Shown one piece after another: positions 46,201 to 59,600 of a stretch of DNA of 64,000 nucleotides. Source of the DNA: Yuukianura sp. NJ FZ-2021 (Eukaryota); NCBI GenBank assembly GCA_046563655.1, contig CM102290.1:3472001-3536000 (forward strand). The letters run 5' to 3'. A program made the position numbers and the translations under genes. The stretch's first letter is position 1; the number at the start of each line of letters is the position of its first letter. The notes beneath the pieces are model-generated. The model was not told the origin of the DNA and did no database searches. It saw nothing but the letters and a program-made list of their open reading frames with translations.

Positions 46201-49200
46201 TCAATGCGTAACCGGAAAATGTGGGTGGAGGGAATAGTTTTTTCTGTTCTAAAAAAACGAATGAAGTGAACAGGATCCACTTCTTATGCATATATTATTC
46301 ACGGTGCATTAAACTTTTGGTGGCGGAGAGCAGTACAGCGCCAACAGTTTTTGAAAACGAGGTTTTCCCGCCAAAAGACGGCGGGGATTTTGGAAAACCA
46401 GAGGTAGGGTGCCCTCTGGTGGATCCCTGCGGTGGAGTTCCAGCCACTGGAGGATATAAATCATGTGGCTAAAGGCTTAAGATGGCTCCCTCCATGTCTC
46501 TATGGTCATACAAAATGAGTGGGAAATTCAAATTCATGGAGTCGTCGTGCCCATCATCTTTGGAGAAGTTAGAGGGCTTAGGTTAGGCTAAAACAAGAAA
46601 AATGAAATAGGATTGTGTTGAGCTGTTTCCTGACCTGGAAGTGAATGAGGCTACGCTAAAATTCTGGAAGAAGAAGGAAGCGATGTTCTAAGGGGGATCA
46701 GGGATCATCCAAGGGATCTTCACTTTGAAAACCACAGTTAAACCAGTTCACGTCTAACCACATAAACACGAAAGTATAGGTCCGTTTTCCCTCATTTGCA
46801 GACCTGCCAAAAATATTTAGTTCTATGCCTGTAATGTTAACAAAATCAATATTTCGGGTCTTTTGTTACTAAATATTTAGTTATTTAGGCATTCCCTTAA
46901 TGTTAACTTCTTAAATATTTCGGACTTTTTCACTAAATATTGCATTTATTTAAATATTTCGCTGGTTTTTATTGAATATTTTTTACAGGTCTGCTTATTT
47001 GAGACTTTTCTAAATTCCATGTTCTAGAAAACCCTTGTTGTTTTAGAACAAGAAGTACTAGCTATCTTTTGGAACTAAAAAAAAATCAACTAATGCTGAG
47101 CAACATAAGGAACGTGCTAATAGAAACAATGAGGAATGGGAAAAGCTTAAGTAAAAAGCTGGTACAAATCCTACATAATTTTTTCAGTTTACTTTTAAAA
47201 AAAAAGTTTACCAATTTTTTTTAATTAAGGTTAGCTTCGCACTAGTTTTCTTTTGGAAAGCTTCGCAATAGTTTTCTAAGGTAAGCTGCCTTTGCAGGCA
47301 TATTTTTTAGAATTTTTTGTCTAAAGAAAGCCGTTTAGTGGAAAGTGATGCTGAACAATTTTTGTCATGTATACTACTACATATGTTAGGTTATCCGTAG
47401 GTGTGAACTTACCGAATATCATGTGGCATGGGAAGTGTAGCTCCACGATCCAGAAGTAACTTGATGATTTCGTAATTGTCTCGGTGAGCGGCCAGAATGA
47501 GCGGCGTAATGTCAGGAGTAAAACTGGCTGTGTCAGGCGGAAGTGCTTCCCAGCTCTGTTGAAACAGCCAAGTCAATTAATAGGGTTGACAGGCAGGCGT
47601 TAATCAAATCAAGGGCTTTTGGGGGCGGGGGTGGAGCCAACATTCAAAAATCAATAGCATTTCCACCCTTCCGTCCCGAGTCCCACGTCCCACCACCGCC
47701 ACGATCAAGGTTGCTATACCGCCCATTTATACAAATGCGCTTATAGGTGATGCCATAACTCCAATTTTTAATAAAAAAAAACACGAAAAAAAAAACTTTT
47801 GTACCAATTTTGTTGATTTTCACAATAAACTTTTGAATTTTTTTTATTTTTACGTTGCTGAATCATAGTTTTGCATCGACTTGCTAACGCAACGGAGCCG
47901 CGTCAGATGCGGTTCAAAAAAATTTGGAAATTTGAAAAAAGGAGTTATGGTATAACCTGTTAGAAAAACAAAATTTCAGATTAAACAACCTTGGCCACGA
48001 TGGTTGTATTCAGGGGCTCATACATTGATTAATGACAGGAAAACAAAGGTTGTGACGTACATGTGGCTCTCCTGTTTTGTGAACCGCATCTTCATGCTCC
48101 AGAAGCACTTCGACAGCCTCCACGTACTCTTCAGAAATAGCATGGAGCAGGGCGTCCCGAGTCTCCACGCGAAATTCCAGCAGCAGCTCCACCATCGCCA
48201 AGTTTTCGTTGTCAATTGCCATCAGCAGAGCGGAGCGCCCAAGCGGATCTGCACAATTTATGTTGATTGTGCCTGTTTGGAGGTTGGTTTGCAGCATACT
48301 GCAAAAACAACCCAAAGACAAAGTTTCAATTTATACAGTCAAAACACCGACAGTAAGTTCCCGGAAATGGAATGGGTTTGTATATTTAAGCAGTTCGAGT
48401 GGAAACTGCTAGAGTGAAACAGTGAAAGATTATAAGGTGCCCGTTTTGTTTGAATTTTCTATGATTTCAAGCTTTCGTTTTAAAAAAAATGCTAAAACCT
48501 GGTTTTTGTCATTGCTTATTTGTGGAATTTCTTATGCAGTTTGATTAAAACCGTAACGACACCGAGGGTACGGTTCCAGACCATGGAAGTGATTTAGAAG
48601 TTATGAAAATTTTGAAAATTGTGTAGAAAAAGAAGCAAGAGAAAGCCAAAACTTGGAAAGCCGCCTGGAAATATTTCCATTTCCATTTACTTTTGATGCT
48701 CTTTTATCATTTCCAACTGGGAGATGGGCAAAGTTCCTAATTTGCGTAATTCCCATAGCTTTTCTCACCTTTCTCCAGTAATCCACCCCCTCCTTCCCCT
48801 GAGGGGGCAGGGTAACCGCTTGGGGATGTTCAAATATCTTTCCAGGAGAATGCAAAAGTTAGTTTCAGAAATGCCGCCTAAAGTTAAGAACTGAAATAGA
48901 GCAACCTACCAACCCTAGCTTTCACTAAAAAAAAGAAACACAGGAACAGTTTTGCCTAGAAACTTCTTTCCGTTAGAAAATCTGCTCAAACTGAAATTTT
49001 TTTGGATCCAAACTGGTAAAAATAATATTTTCATTGTCATATTTTTCTTAGAAATTTTCGGTTTTGGAGAAATGAAACGCAGCCGAATCAAAGTTTCAAG
49101 AAAATGTTTCTTGTCGATTCGTGTCGTAATGACTTGTATAAAATGGCGGATTTTGTATTTGCGACGGCTTATTTCAATTTGTCAGAGACTGATGAAGCCT

Positions 49201-52200
49201 GTCGTCTAAATGGCTCTCTTACCCCCTGAGAAGAGTGACAGATGACTGTATGTGGTTTGGAACTCAATTCCCACTTTCCCGCCGTTTACTTTCAAACTTC
49301 CCTCCATCATGATTTAGTCATCCAATCAAAAGGGCAGGACTCTCTCGTTTCCCAAAGTGCTGGAGTTCCCATCTTCAAATTAAAACAAATCGTTTCTAGT
49401 TCCCACTAAAAGTAAACCCTCAAACCACAAATCCCAAAATCTCAAATTGCCCCGCTTCTCGTCTCTCCTTTTTGAAAACTGAAGGAGTCCCGCCACTTCG
49501 AGAACTTTGATTCCTGATTATGCTAATGCCGAAGAAAGTTTTAGCTTAACTTTCTCCAACAGTCGTAACAGATACAGTAGGAAGATACTACGAACGACCT
49601 GGTTAAGAAAAACCGCTGCTGAATCCCACGACAAAAGCGGGAGCTTTTGAAATGAAACGCAGTCATACTTCTCTAGTGGCCGTGTTTTGAGTAGTTGAAG
49701 CCGAAAAGCTTTTGGCCACCTCGGAGGACCAATTGAGCCAAAGTTCAAACTGCTACTTTGATCATGATTTTCTGTTTCAAACAACGTCTTGTTTCGTTTT
49801 TCCCGGGATTTTCAAAAGTATCACTCTCTTTGGATAAGAAACAAAAGTTCAAATATGCCCTTGTGAACTTTCTCCGCCTGAAAAGTTTTTTCTTATACAC
49901 TTTTCAAATCTTGGACCAATTTACAAAGTGGAATCTGAAGATGTTGGATTTATTTTCAACAGTTTTGACAGATTCGTTTTTAAAATTTTGAAACTGATGA
50001 CAGAAGTTCTAAATTTATCAAAAGCCTAACATGAAGAAGCTGAGATGTAAATGAAAACTAAACCACGAAATCATTAGTTTTTTATTAAAATGAATCTAAA
50101 TGACTGTAGTTTTTTCATTTTTGTGGTTCCGAACTGTGGACTTGTGAGGCGCCATAATTCAAAAGCAGTGTTTTTTCGTATGGGGTAATCCAGGGAGGGA
50201 GGTTTGCGTTCATTAGCGTGCCCGTAACTAGGTTATTCTTCTGTTGCGGCAGCATCTGCACACGAGATTTTGTCGGCCTTTGAAAAACCAGCCTTCCAGC
50301 ACCGACAACAACCAAAAGCAGCCGCGGAGTCAATTAATTTCTAAGAGAAAGTTAAGAATATTCGGAGATTGGCGAAAGCTGCTGTCTCCGCAGCACCAAA
50401 CGACCTCACATCCTCGCCCTCCCTCATCATTTCCTGCTCAAGTGTAACCGTCACTTGTCAAGACTTAACTAACTTAGTTTTTATCACTTTTTACCATCTA
50501 TGACTTTCACTCGATTATAATCACTCAAATTAACCATGTAACATATCTGACTTTGAAAAAAGCTTTTGGTTTGTTCAAACAGAAAAAAATAATATAAAAG
50601 CTTTTTTAATTTACTCCAAAACAAATTATAATTCTAATGCTATACGGGACAAAGACTTCTCAATTCGACAAACCAGTTTGCGTTCTGGTATTAATCAGAC
50701 AAACTACATTATGTATAAAATCGATCAAAAGTCTTAACATTCAGCATTTGTTAGGGTTGGTTAACCCTAACGTGAGCACCTTTTTCGCCTGAAGGTAGTA
50801 CTTTTTAGGAAGAGATTGTCGTCCTGGATTTGGCCCAAAAGTACTTTAGGCAAAGACTACTTTTCCACCGTGACTTTGTGACCTACGTGACCTCAATTAT
50901 TTTCAACTTTGGTAGAGGTCACTTATTCCCGCCAGTTGACAATTTTTTTGGGGACTTATAAGGGTCCCCTTGTTTGCTCAGAGGCAAAAACCAAACCTTG
51001 GTTTTCCGTCGAACCCGTTTGCTTCCTAATGTATTTGCAAAGCCAAGTTTACTCTTTCCTTTAAGCTTTCTTCTACTCGAGTCCAAAAGTTGCTGGAAGG
51101 TTTAGGTGGAAAAGACGGTGGAAATGGAATAAATCGGAAAAGGAAATTTCATATCAGAGCCCTTCCAGGAAATGAGAGACTTCATCACAGTCGTTACCCA
51201 CGGAATTCAAACGAACAAATTCAATCAAATTGAGCGCCTCTTTCTACTATGAGGTGAGACATGCTTCGTGCTTTTGCTTCACTAAATTCTACAAAAGCTA
51301 CAAAGTCTCCAAGTCCACTTTCAACCAAAGGACTCTTACAGGAAATGATCCATTCAGAGAAACTCTTTTTTGTTTTTTGAAATGTCGCTCCCGAAATTTA
51401 CTTACTGAAGTGTAAAATGTTCGTTTTTTATGGATACTCTGAAATCTTGGGACTTGGGTTATGAAGTTTTGAGAAATGCAAAGCTACCAACAACACCCTT
51501 GTACAAACTAAGATTTGCTTAACATGAGCATGGAAAAGGGAGAATCGTGTTTACTTTTCAAAGCCTCGCGGGTTTTCCAAGTTTGCTTACTTGTCTGGAA
51601 GGTTGTCGTTGAGCAAACTTTAAGAAGTGGAAACAGTGTTAAAGTGACTTAGGGGATCAATATAATCAACGCTTAAAACTGTTGAGATTTTTGTCACGAG
51701 ATTATCATTTTTCAAAAAAAACTTTCTTTTTTCACAAACTTCCATTCCATTGAATTTTTGTTTATTTCAGTTAACTTTATGCCCACATTCATTGTAAGTT
51801 TTTACCTTGAGCTTTTCGTATTAGTAGTAAAATTTAAGCGCTTTTTACATTGCTTTTTTGATTTTTTAGGAATATAGCCGCGCTTAGATTAAGTTGTGCA
51901 AAAATTTGAATTCGATTTTTTAAAATTTGAAGCACGAGTATTCCGAAATTCTAGTTTTGGAGTGGAGCTTGAACATTTTTTTTTTTTTACAATTTTCTAA
52001 ATTTTGACATTAAGTGTATCTAAATTAAAACCGAAATAGATACACTATTTATTTAGTTGTTTTGTAGGTGTGAAATGTTATGTTGTGCAAGAAGTTAGTG
52101 TAGTGTCAAAGGGGATTTAATTTCTGGAAGTAGGTCAAATGGAAAAGTGTCTTTGGAAGTAAATGCTCAGTTGATTGGGTCAATTTATCACTACTCCAAT

Positions 52201-53683
52201 CACAATCCAGAACGAAACATGAGTCCATTGTCTAAATGTCGTCATCAAACACCGGAATCTTCTTTTTTCAAGCCTCATCTCAGCAGATAGATTCGAACAT
52301 GATTGCTTTCACCGTCAGCGTCGTCAATACAAATCACACAAAAAGTTTATTTTCTAAACCCTATTTTTACTTTACACTAGCATGAAATGTGTTCAGCTGA
52401 CGGTTTCTAATGATAAGGAAATTTTACTTCAAAATTGAGTCATGTTCTGTCAAAATTTAAAAAATCGGGTGACAAGACAAATATGACGAATTTTTCAAAA
52501 AATTTGTCTCCGCATGTTGCAATTCGAGCACTCTCTGAACTGCATTTGGCCATAATCCAACGTCCCTGGCATAAGTTCTGTGTGTGGTAGGGTCTTCTTT
52601 AAGAAGAAACTGACAGTGGCTAGGAGTTGTATGGAGACATATTTTGAAAATATGTTTTCAAAAAAATATGTTTTCGAAAAATATATTTTCAAAATAAGGC
52701 TCTAGTTTTGTGTACTGTATAAAGGGAGGGCGAAGACCCGCAATTCCCAAACTATGAACAAATGTAAGAAAGTTTTTTCTTTTCAAAAAGAACATGGCAG
52801 AGGAATGTCATCTAATTCAAAATTTCATTGGGATTTGGAACAGTCCTCAGTCCAAACTGGAACATTATTTTGGACCAAGTCCAGTTTATAGTATGGTCTA
52901 CAAATAGTAGAAAAGACTAGCATCGTGCTAAATTTAAACTTATACGTAGTACTAAAGAATCGAAAATCGACTAAAAATCGGTAAATGGAAAAAAGAATCT
53001 GCCTGAAATTGAAAATCGACCAGTTCGATTCCAGGAAAAGTGGCACTGCTGTACAGCGAGACAAACAAACTAAAGGTCTAAGGCAATTCTGAGCAAAGTT
53101 CAAAATTTAAATTATAGTATAAATTTTGTAGGACGCACATTTTTGAACTTGCACATCAAAATTTCATTTGTTCCCTGGTGAAAGTCGCCCTGAGGAAATG
53201 GTCTTAAAATTTAGTAGAGTGAGTCTATGTAAATTTTAGAAGATGAGAGAAATGTGTAGGCGAGGTAGTCGTGTACTTTTTGGGCAGGAAAATTGAAAAA
53301 GATTTGAACATGGGATTAATTATTTCGAGGCGCGGAGGAGGGAGCGCGGAAGTGTTTAAATTTATGGTGAGAATAATTAGTACTGCTCAGGGCATTGCTT
53401 AACTGGGATTAATTTTCATACGGATGGGTTAAAAAGATGGTTCAACTGACACAAAAATGCTAAGGGCTTAGAGGTACTAGGCAAATAGTACTACACAAAA
53501 TTTTAATTTTGAACCTCCCACTCTCTGTTTTTTAGAATTTCAAAAAACTAAAAAATTCAACACTTACTTCCTTGAATTTCTAACATCACCACGTTCTACG
53601 AACAGAAGAAAGCACTTTTCGTCTGGAGAAAGCTGAGTCATTTGTTGATGAGGCCGAAGGCTTGTAGGGTCATCGTCCATCAT
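34268..53683 (-). CDS. trpgamma: TRPC-family cation channel, TRP-gamma ortholog, 20 coding exons
   Basis: Exons 53683-53568 ([22 protein letters not shown]), 48298-48061 (ankyrin [16 protein letters not shown]), 47555-47413, 45592-45391 ([21 protein letters not shown]), 42959-42789, 42619-42385 ([11 protein letters not shown]), 41072-40920, 40386-40247, 40190-40078, 39141-39008 ([10 protein letters not shown]), 37385-37235, 37130-37109, 37018-36845 ([17 protein letters not shown]), 36480-36417 (TRP box EWKFAR), 36323-36193, 36096-36055, 35944-35761, 35396-35230, 35154-34952 and 34880-34268 (…SSGWL*). Phases are consistent throughout. Confidence 0.93.
37947..38355. mobile_element. Mutator/foldback-type MITE with 9-bp TSD in a TRPgamma intron
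   Basis: Left array of about nine AATTCGTAAGC units and inverted right array of GCTTACGAATT units, with a central (CCTAA)n tract. GATAGTAAT is directly repeated at 37938-37946 and 38356-38364. Termini are G...C. Confidence 0.85.
46799..46993. mobile_element. hAT-like MITE in a TRPgamma intron
   Basis: TIRs CAGACCTGCCAAAAATATT ... AATATTTTTTACAGGTCTG. Flanking 8-mers CTCATTTG / CTTATTTG match at 7 of 8 positions. Internal AAATATTT repeats. Confidence 0.65.
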
Positions 53684-56600
53684 ACCTGTGATGCTGTGGC
53701 TCTATTAGAAAAAGAGTCAACTGTCAAAGCCATTTTCAAAACATTGCATAAAAAAGAGATCATTTTGAATTTTTGAAGATGAAATTACTTTTTAACATTA
53801 AAATTTTGAGATATTTCGAGCAAGCCTTAGGAGATCAATTTTTTACCTTACAAAATAGATTATTTTATTTTATTTTTATAACTGAATTTTTTTTCCTTTT
53901 CTTTTTCCTTGTGTGATTGAATTTTTTTAATATTCTTTAAACTTTCTTTGTGAGAGATCTGCACTCCACGTACAAAAAAAAATTCTCAATTTCGCAAAAG
54001 ATTTGAAAAGCTTAAGAGAAATCCAACAGGTTATGCCTGCTCTCAAAAATAAAATTATAGAAGTACGGCATCCTTCGAAAAAAGAAAAGAAGAAATCAGA
54101 AATTCAATTTTCTAGATTTAAAATGTCTAATTCCGGAGGAAAAGAAGCCAAAGAAAGAAAAAGAAATTTAATACGAAAGTCGGCGAGGAAGGTATTGTGT
54201 GTCTGTTGAATTCAATTGGTTTATTTGTACCTTCTTTTTTGAGAAAGAAAAAGCGTTTTGAGCTTAAATTTTTTTTCAACGTTTTTCTCTTGAAAGTTTG
54301 TAGAGTGAAAGCTTACAAACAAAGGAAAGTGTCGGAAATGAGTGAAAGTCCAGAAAAAGGAAAAGATTCCACTAGGGAGAAAGTTGAAGAAAGGCGGACG
54401 GATTGCCTTTTTTTTGCAACTTCCCAGGCTTTATTTAGAGCTTCGAATGTACCGAGTGGTTCAAAAAAATTGGTAGAAACACATTTTTTCCATTTTGAAA
54501 TTGTGACATTTCTTTTGCCAACAAGTAGATTCTTACCGTAAGAAATTTGCTGGAACGAAAGAAAATAAGATTTTCAACAAAAAAATAATTTTTTTTTCTC
54601 ACTTTAAAAAAACAATTTTAGCCAAAACTATGCAGCTAGTCGTGTAGGAAAAAAATGAGTTTGAGAGAGGAAAAAAGCAATACAACTTCATTGTGGAACA
54701 CTCTGTATAAAATTGAAAAAAAGCAACACGGACGTAGAAGTCAGCGGTTTTTTAGTTTAGTATTTCAATTCCCGCTTTCTGAGCAGTGTCAATTTTACAT
54801 CCACTGCACGAGAGGCTCTTCTTTTTGAAAACATAGTCAAAAAGTACATTAGTTTCACGAAACCCAATTTTTTTAAGCAAATAATTAGAAAATATAAAGT
54901 CCGAAAAAATGGCCTAACTTAAGGTTTTTTTTTAATCAAGATGTACAGTTTCTAATTTGTTTTTTTTTATCTAATCGCTTTTTTTTACTTACTTTGACTC
55001 GTCTGCGTGGATCCACATTTTCACTTTTGGCGTTGGATAGAGTGCCCATTTCCGGCATCTTTCCAATCCAACGAAGAAGTCTTGTCGAATTCAAACTTAA
55101 GACAGGATAAAATACAGACAAACTGCTGCGTAGACTTCTGTTCTTTAATTCATTTTAAGCGCCATGTTTTGAATTTTGGACGACGTCAATTCCCCAGTGG
55201 AACCCAAAACTCCAACACTACCACAAACTCCGTCCAAATTAAGTTTGTAATTCATTGTTCGTCTTTTTTGGAAATTACATTGTTCTTCATTTGTAAGAGT
55301 CGACCACCAACGGAATTAACTCAAGTGGCCACACACTACTAGCGTAAACACACTCAATTAACTCCTCAAATGACTTTCTTCTTTCTGCTTTCACCAGACT
55401 TCGCCTATCTTTTTAGTAGAAGAGCAAAAATTTGGAGGAAGTAACTACAGTCTTTTGGTTTTCTCGCCGCTAAGCCTCTTGCCAAACAAGATGAGGGCTG
55501 ATGATGATGATGATCCTTTTTTCAAAAACAATTTTTTTTCAGCTCCTTTTGCAAAAGGAGCTCTTTCAAATTCGGGTCTCTGGCGAGTTCCACTTCAAGT
55601 TCTGAAAAAAGACAAATGTGGTTCGTTAGCATAAAAATATGTTCAAAAGTATGACTGTAAAATTCACCACATAATTAGCTTGTAAAAGGAGATTTCAGAA
55701 ACTACAACACTTTTGTTGTGTTCATGATTAATCAGTATAAAAAACAAGGATTTCATTCAATTAAAATTTTAGAACAAAAATTTCGTGTCAGTCAATTTGT
55801 CTTTCCAAAAAAACAAAATTAACCTAATGCTTGTGACTTTGACATGAAACGCTTCTTTTGTTCTAGAAGTTCACTAATGTGATATTCAAAATAAAATTTT
55901 ATGCGTGTTAAGCTCGTGGTTCAAAGAAAAGTTTCGAAAGTGATACAAACAAAATGAGAACAATGAAACGGCATTTTTTTTCTTCCTGAAAATAGACTAT
56001 GCAGCTCAGTTTCTATTTTATTTTGTGTCGATTTGTTTTTGCTTAACAAAGCACTAAAATAATAAATTTTGTGGGTAAAAAAATGTTGACTTCTATTTAA
56101 GAAAATTGGAAAAAGAGAGGAATTTTGAACTGGGCTTCATTCGCCTTCAGCAATAAAATTTCAAAGTCATCAAAACTTTCAAAACTCTCGTTTTTCACTT
56201 AAGATTTGAGCAAGTTCAATATTCAAAACCTTTTTGTTTGTTATGAAAGTTTTCTCTGTAGTATTGTAATTTGGTACACAAAATTAACTTAGACAGTCAA
56301 GTTTAACCAATTATCTAAAGTTTTGAACTAACTTTCACTCTGTTCACTTTCAGTTAAGTTTTCCTCTCAAACAACACAACTTTTAAAACACAACATTCCA
56401 CTTCAAAATTACTTTCTAAATTAGTAGGCCAAGTTCTAAAAGTTAAAAGTAGGCACACAGCGAACAGTTCTTACAAAATTTTCACTTTGAGCATCAGAAT
56501 GCAGTTGAATAGAGGCGGCCATGACTGATTTGAATCGTTTAAAAAAAGTGAAAGTTGGTCTTTTTGAAACTGAGACTTTTTCTTTGAAAGTGAAATGGGT

Positions 56601-59600
56601 TGGAAGTTGTTGATTTTGTGAGACAGAAGAATGGAGGCCCATAAATTGACTTGTGTTAATCCATTATTCCGTCTTCTTCAGAAAAGAAGATTAGAAGAAC
56701 ACTTTTTGAACAGTTGAAAACGTAAGTTTTTACGCTCCAAAACCTCATTTTAATCATTGTCTTCTCTTCCGTCTTCTTTCTTTAATTACACAACTTTTCT
56801 TTGAACTAAAACTTTTATTCAAAACAACATGGCGCTAATAGTCATTTGAGAAAGCAACGCTACGATGGACAAAGAAAATAAACTTGAATGACGAAAATGA
56901 ATATTTCCTTTCTTTCAAAAGTATACACATATACAAAATTTGAAATTGAAAACTTTTAACAAAAACTGAAGCTTGTAAATTTTGAATTTTACCGCCTTTC
57001 CAGTGCAACGTCGTCCCTGATTTCTCGTCTTTTAAAACTTGTTTCTCTTTTTTTAGTAGATTTAGGTTTCGATTTAGTGGTCTACGGTTTCTCAATTTCA
57101 AAAAGAAAATATTCTTCAAAATTTCTGCTCGATTTTTTTTGAAAACGTGTGTTTTAACAATTCGGAAAAATTAATTTAGAAAGAGTTTCCCTTCAAAACT
57201 TAATCTGCCTTAAGAGACTGGCGGATTCCGTTAAAAACTTTGTTAGTAGGAAACGGATCCTTAAGTTTTTCGTTTGTTCTTAAAGAGCTGGAAGATCTCC
57301 ATGGCTCATTTAAATCATCATTAAGATCCAAGTTGTTAAGGGGTGGGAGGTAGTTTTGGAGGGGGTGGGGGGTAGTTTTTGGCAAGATGGAGATGAGTTT
57401 TGACAGCCAATTTACATCCGTCCTTAAGTTTCACACTTTCCAAATGAGAAACTTAGACACAATTTCCACTCACCACTTAACTTTCTACTGTTAACGGTAA
57501 GGGTGTATGACCGAAAAGTTTTTTTTTTTAAAGTTTGGCGCACTTTTACTGAAACTACGTTTAACTCTTGCCTCTACGCTGATCTTCATCTAAGCAACTT
57601 TTTGTCCTGGAAGTTAGGTACCCTAACAACTAACAAAAGTAAAAGTTAGAATCCCGATCATCTGATTTTGAAACTTTTCCTTTCACTTTTATCTTCTCAA
57701 CACCCTAACACGTTAACAAAAGAGTTTTACACAGTTATGAAAAGTTTTTTTTTGAATTTAAAAGAAGCCAAAAGTTCACTCACTAGAATCGTTAGGGGCA
57801 AAGTTTAACTTAAAAAAAATTGCTATAAATGAGAACTTAAATTTTTTTGAAATCAAAACTTCAGGCTTCAGAAAGCTATGTAACCCGAAAAACCGGTAAA
57901 CTAAAAATCTAAAGTGAGTATTATGTTTTCAGATTTTGAAAAGCTTTTTGAAAAGTTCAAAGCTTTTCATAATTTTGTTTACAAAGAGAAAATTTTTGAT
58001 ATGACAGGCCCAATAGCACCCAATTGAAAAAATTTTTCTGAATGTTTTCAATCTTGTACGAAAGTATAGACAAAATTCTAGATTTTGAAATGTCAAGAAA
58101 TGACATAATTTTTATGTCATGCGATTCGACAAGGAAATGTGACATCTCAATTCAAACTCAAACCAACGTAAATATAAAATTTCAACACCTAAAAACAAGT
58201 TTTGGAGAAGCATCAATCCTAAAGTTTCATGCAACATCAGTTTCTTGTCAAACTTTGAAATTCACAAAAATTGGAATAGAACAGGCTTTTTCTTTTCAAA
58301 AAATCGTTCCGTTCTAAAAATTTGCCAAACAGAGCCAAAATTCAAACTTTCTTTCTCTCTTTCCAGTTTTGAAATTACAAAAACAACATATTTGGTCCAT
58401 TTAGAAGAAATTAAGGAGGGAGAATTCAAATTTTTGGCACAACTTCTGGCACAGAAGGGTGAACTTTAGCGTTCTCTAGGGCTGTTTCCGCCATTATTTT
58501 TTCTTAGAAGAAAGGTGTGTCGAATGGATTTGTTTGGAGAATTCGTTCTGTGCGGTTCCGCAAATCGTTTTGTAAGAGAAGTTAGAGACTTTTTGGTGGC
58601 TATGTCAGAAGTTACTTCCGGAAGGAGACAGGAAGGATAAACTGAGAAGTAAATGTGAACACGAAGATCTTCTTCTAACGTAACCAGAATTGCACAGGAT
58701 CAGACCGATTCCTTTAGCCCAGTTCCAGAAAGAGAGAGAACCAGAATTGGCCGGATGCCACATTAGGACCCCAGAATTTTAGGCAAGAACGATTTTCCAA
58801 AAGAAAAAAATCGGGCAGGAGACAACGACCGAAAGCTTCTATCCTTTCCTCCGTTTTTTTTTTTGAAAACTCGCGAAAAAGCAAAAGTTTTTTGAATTTT
58901 TTTTTCATGTGTCCTCTAGAGTCCAATTTATTTCATTCTTTTCATCAACTCCGTCACTACTGAACAATACAAGAAGGATCAAATGTAAAGAGCCGTTGAC
59001 CTTCCTACTATACTACAAAGTGACCCTTAAAAGTGATGATGCAGTATGCGCGGGAAAGTAGTTTTTCAAAAATTTGAGTTTTCCAGACACTATAATGCTA
59101 AATGGAAACTCATAACCCTCAAACCAAATTTTTTTTTTTTGATATTTTGGACAAAACTTTTAAACTTTTGGATGAAAATCTTTGGTACTTGGAGGCTAAT
59201 AACCTCTCTGAAGCAGCTTAGGCTATGTGTCATGCCCAAATTACTTAGACCACCCACAAACTACTCATCGTTTTTGGCGCCAACTTTTGTTTTGATTATA
59301 ATAATTATACGACTTAGGTTTTGTTTAGAACAACATTCCTCTATTTTCCAAAACTTCAACTTTTCAAGCGTTTTAAAAAGATTGACAAGTTAGTATGGGA
59401 AGAAGATTTATTTGAAAAAGGTGAAATTTTGGCGCGTAGTGGAAAAACTTCTTAACACCTCCACTTTAACTCAAAACCGCAAGATTTGATCTTCGACTTC
59501 TCGAGAGAGCCGTGTAGATCTTTGTGGAAGATGGAATAGTGAAAGCATTAGGTTTGAAAGTTGGCGCTCGAAATAAGCCACACTATAGAGATCACCCAAG

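Noticed and set aside
52638..52696. AT-rich imperfect palindrome (ATATTTTGAAAATAT…ATATTTTCAAAATA)
   Set aside because: Low complexity, with no definable element boundaries.
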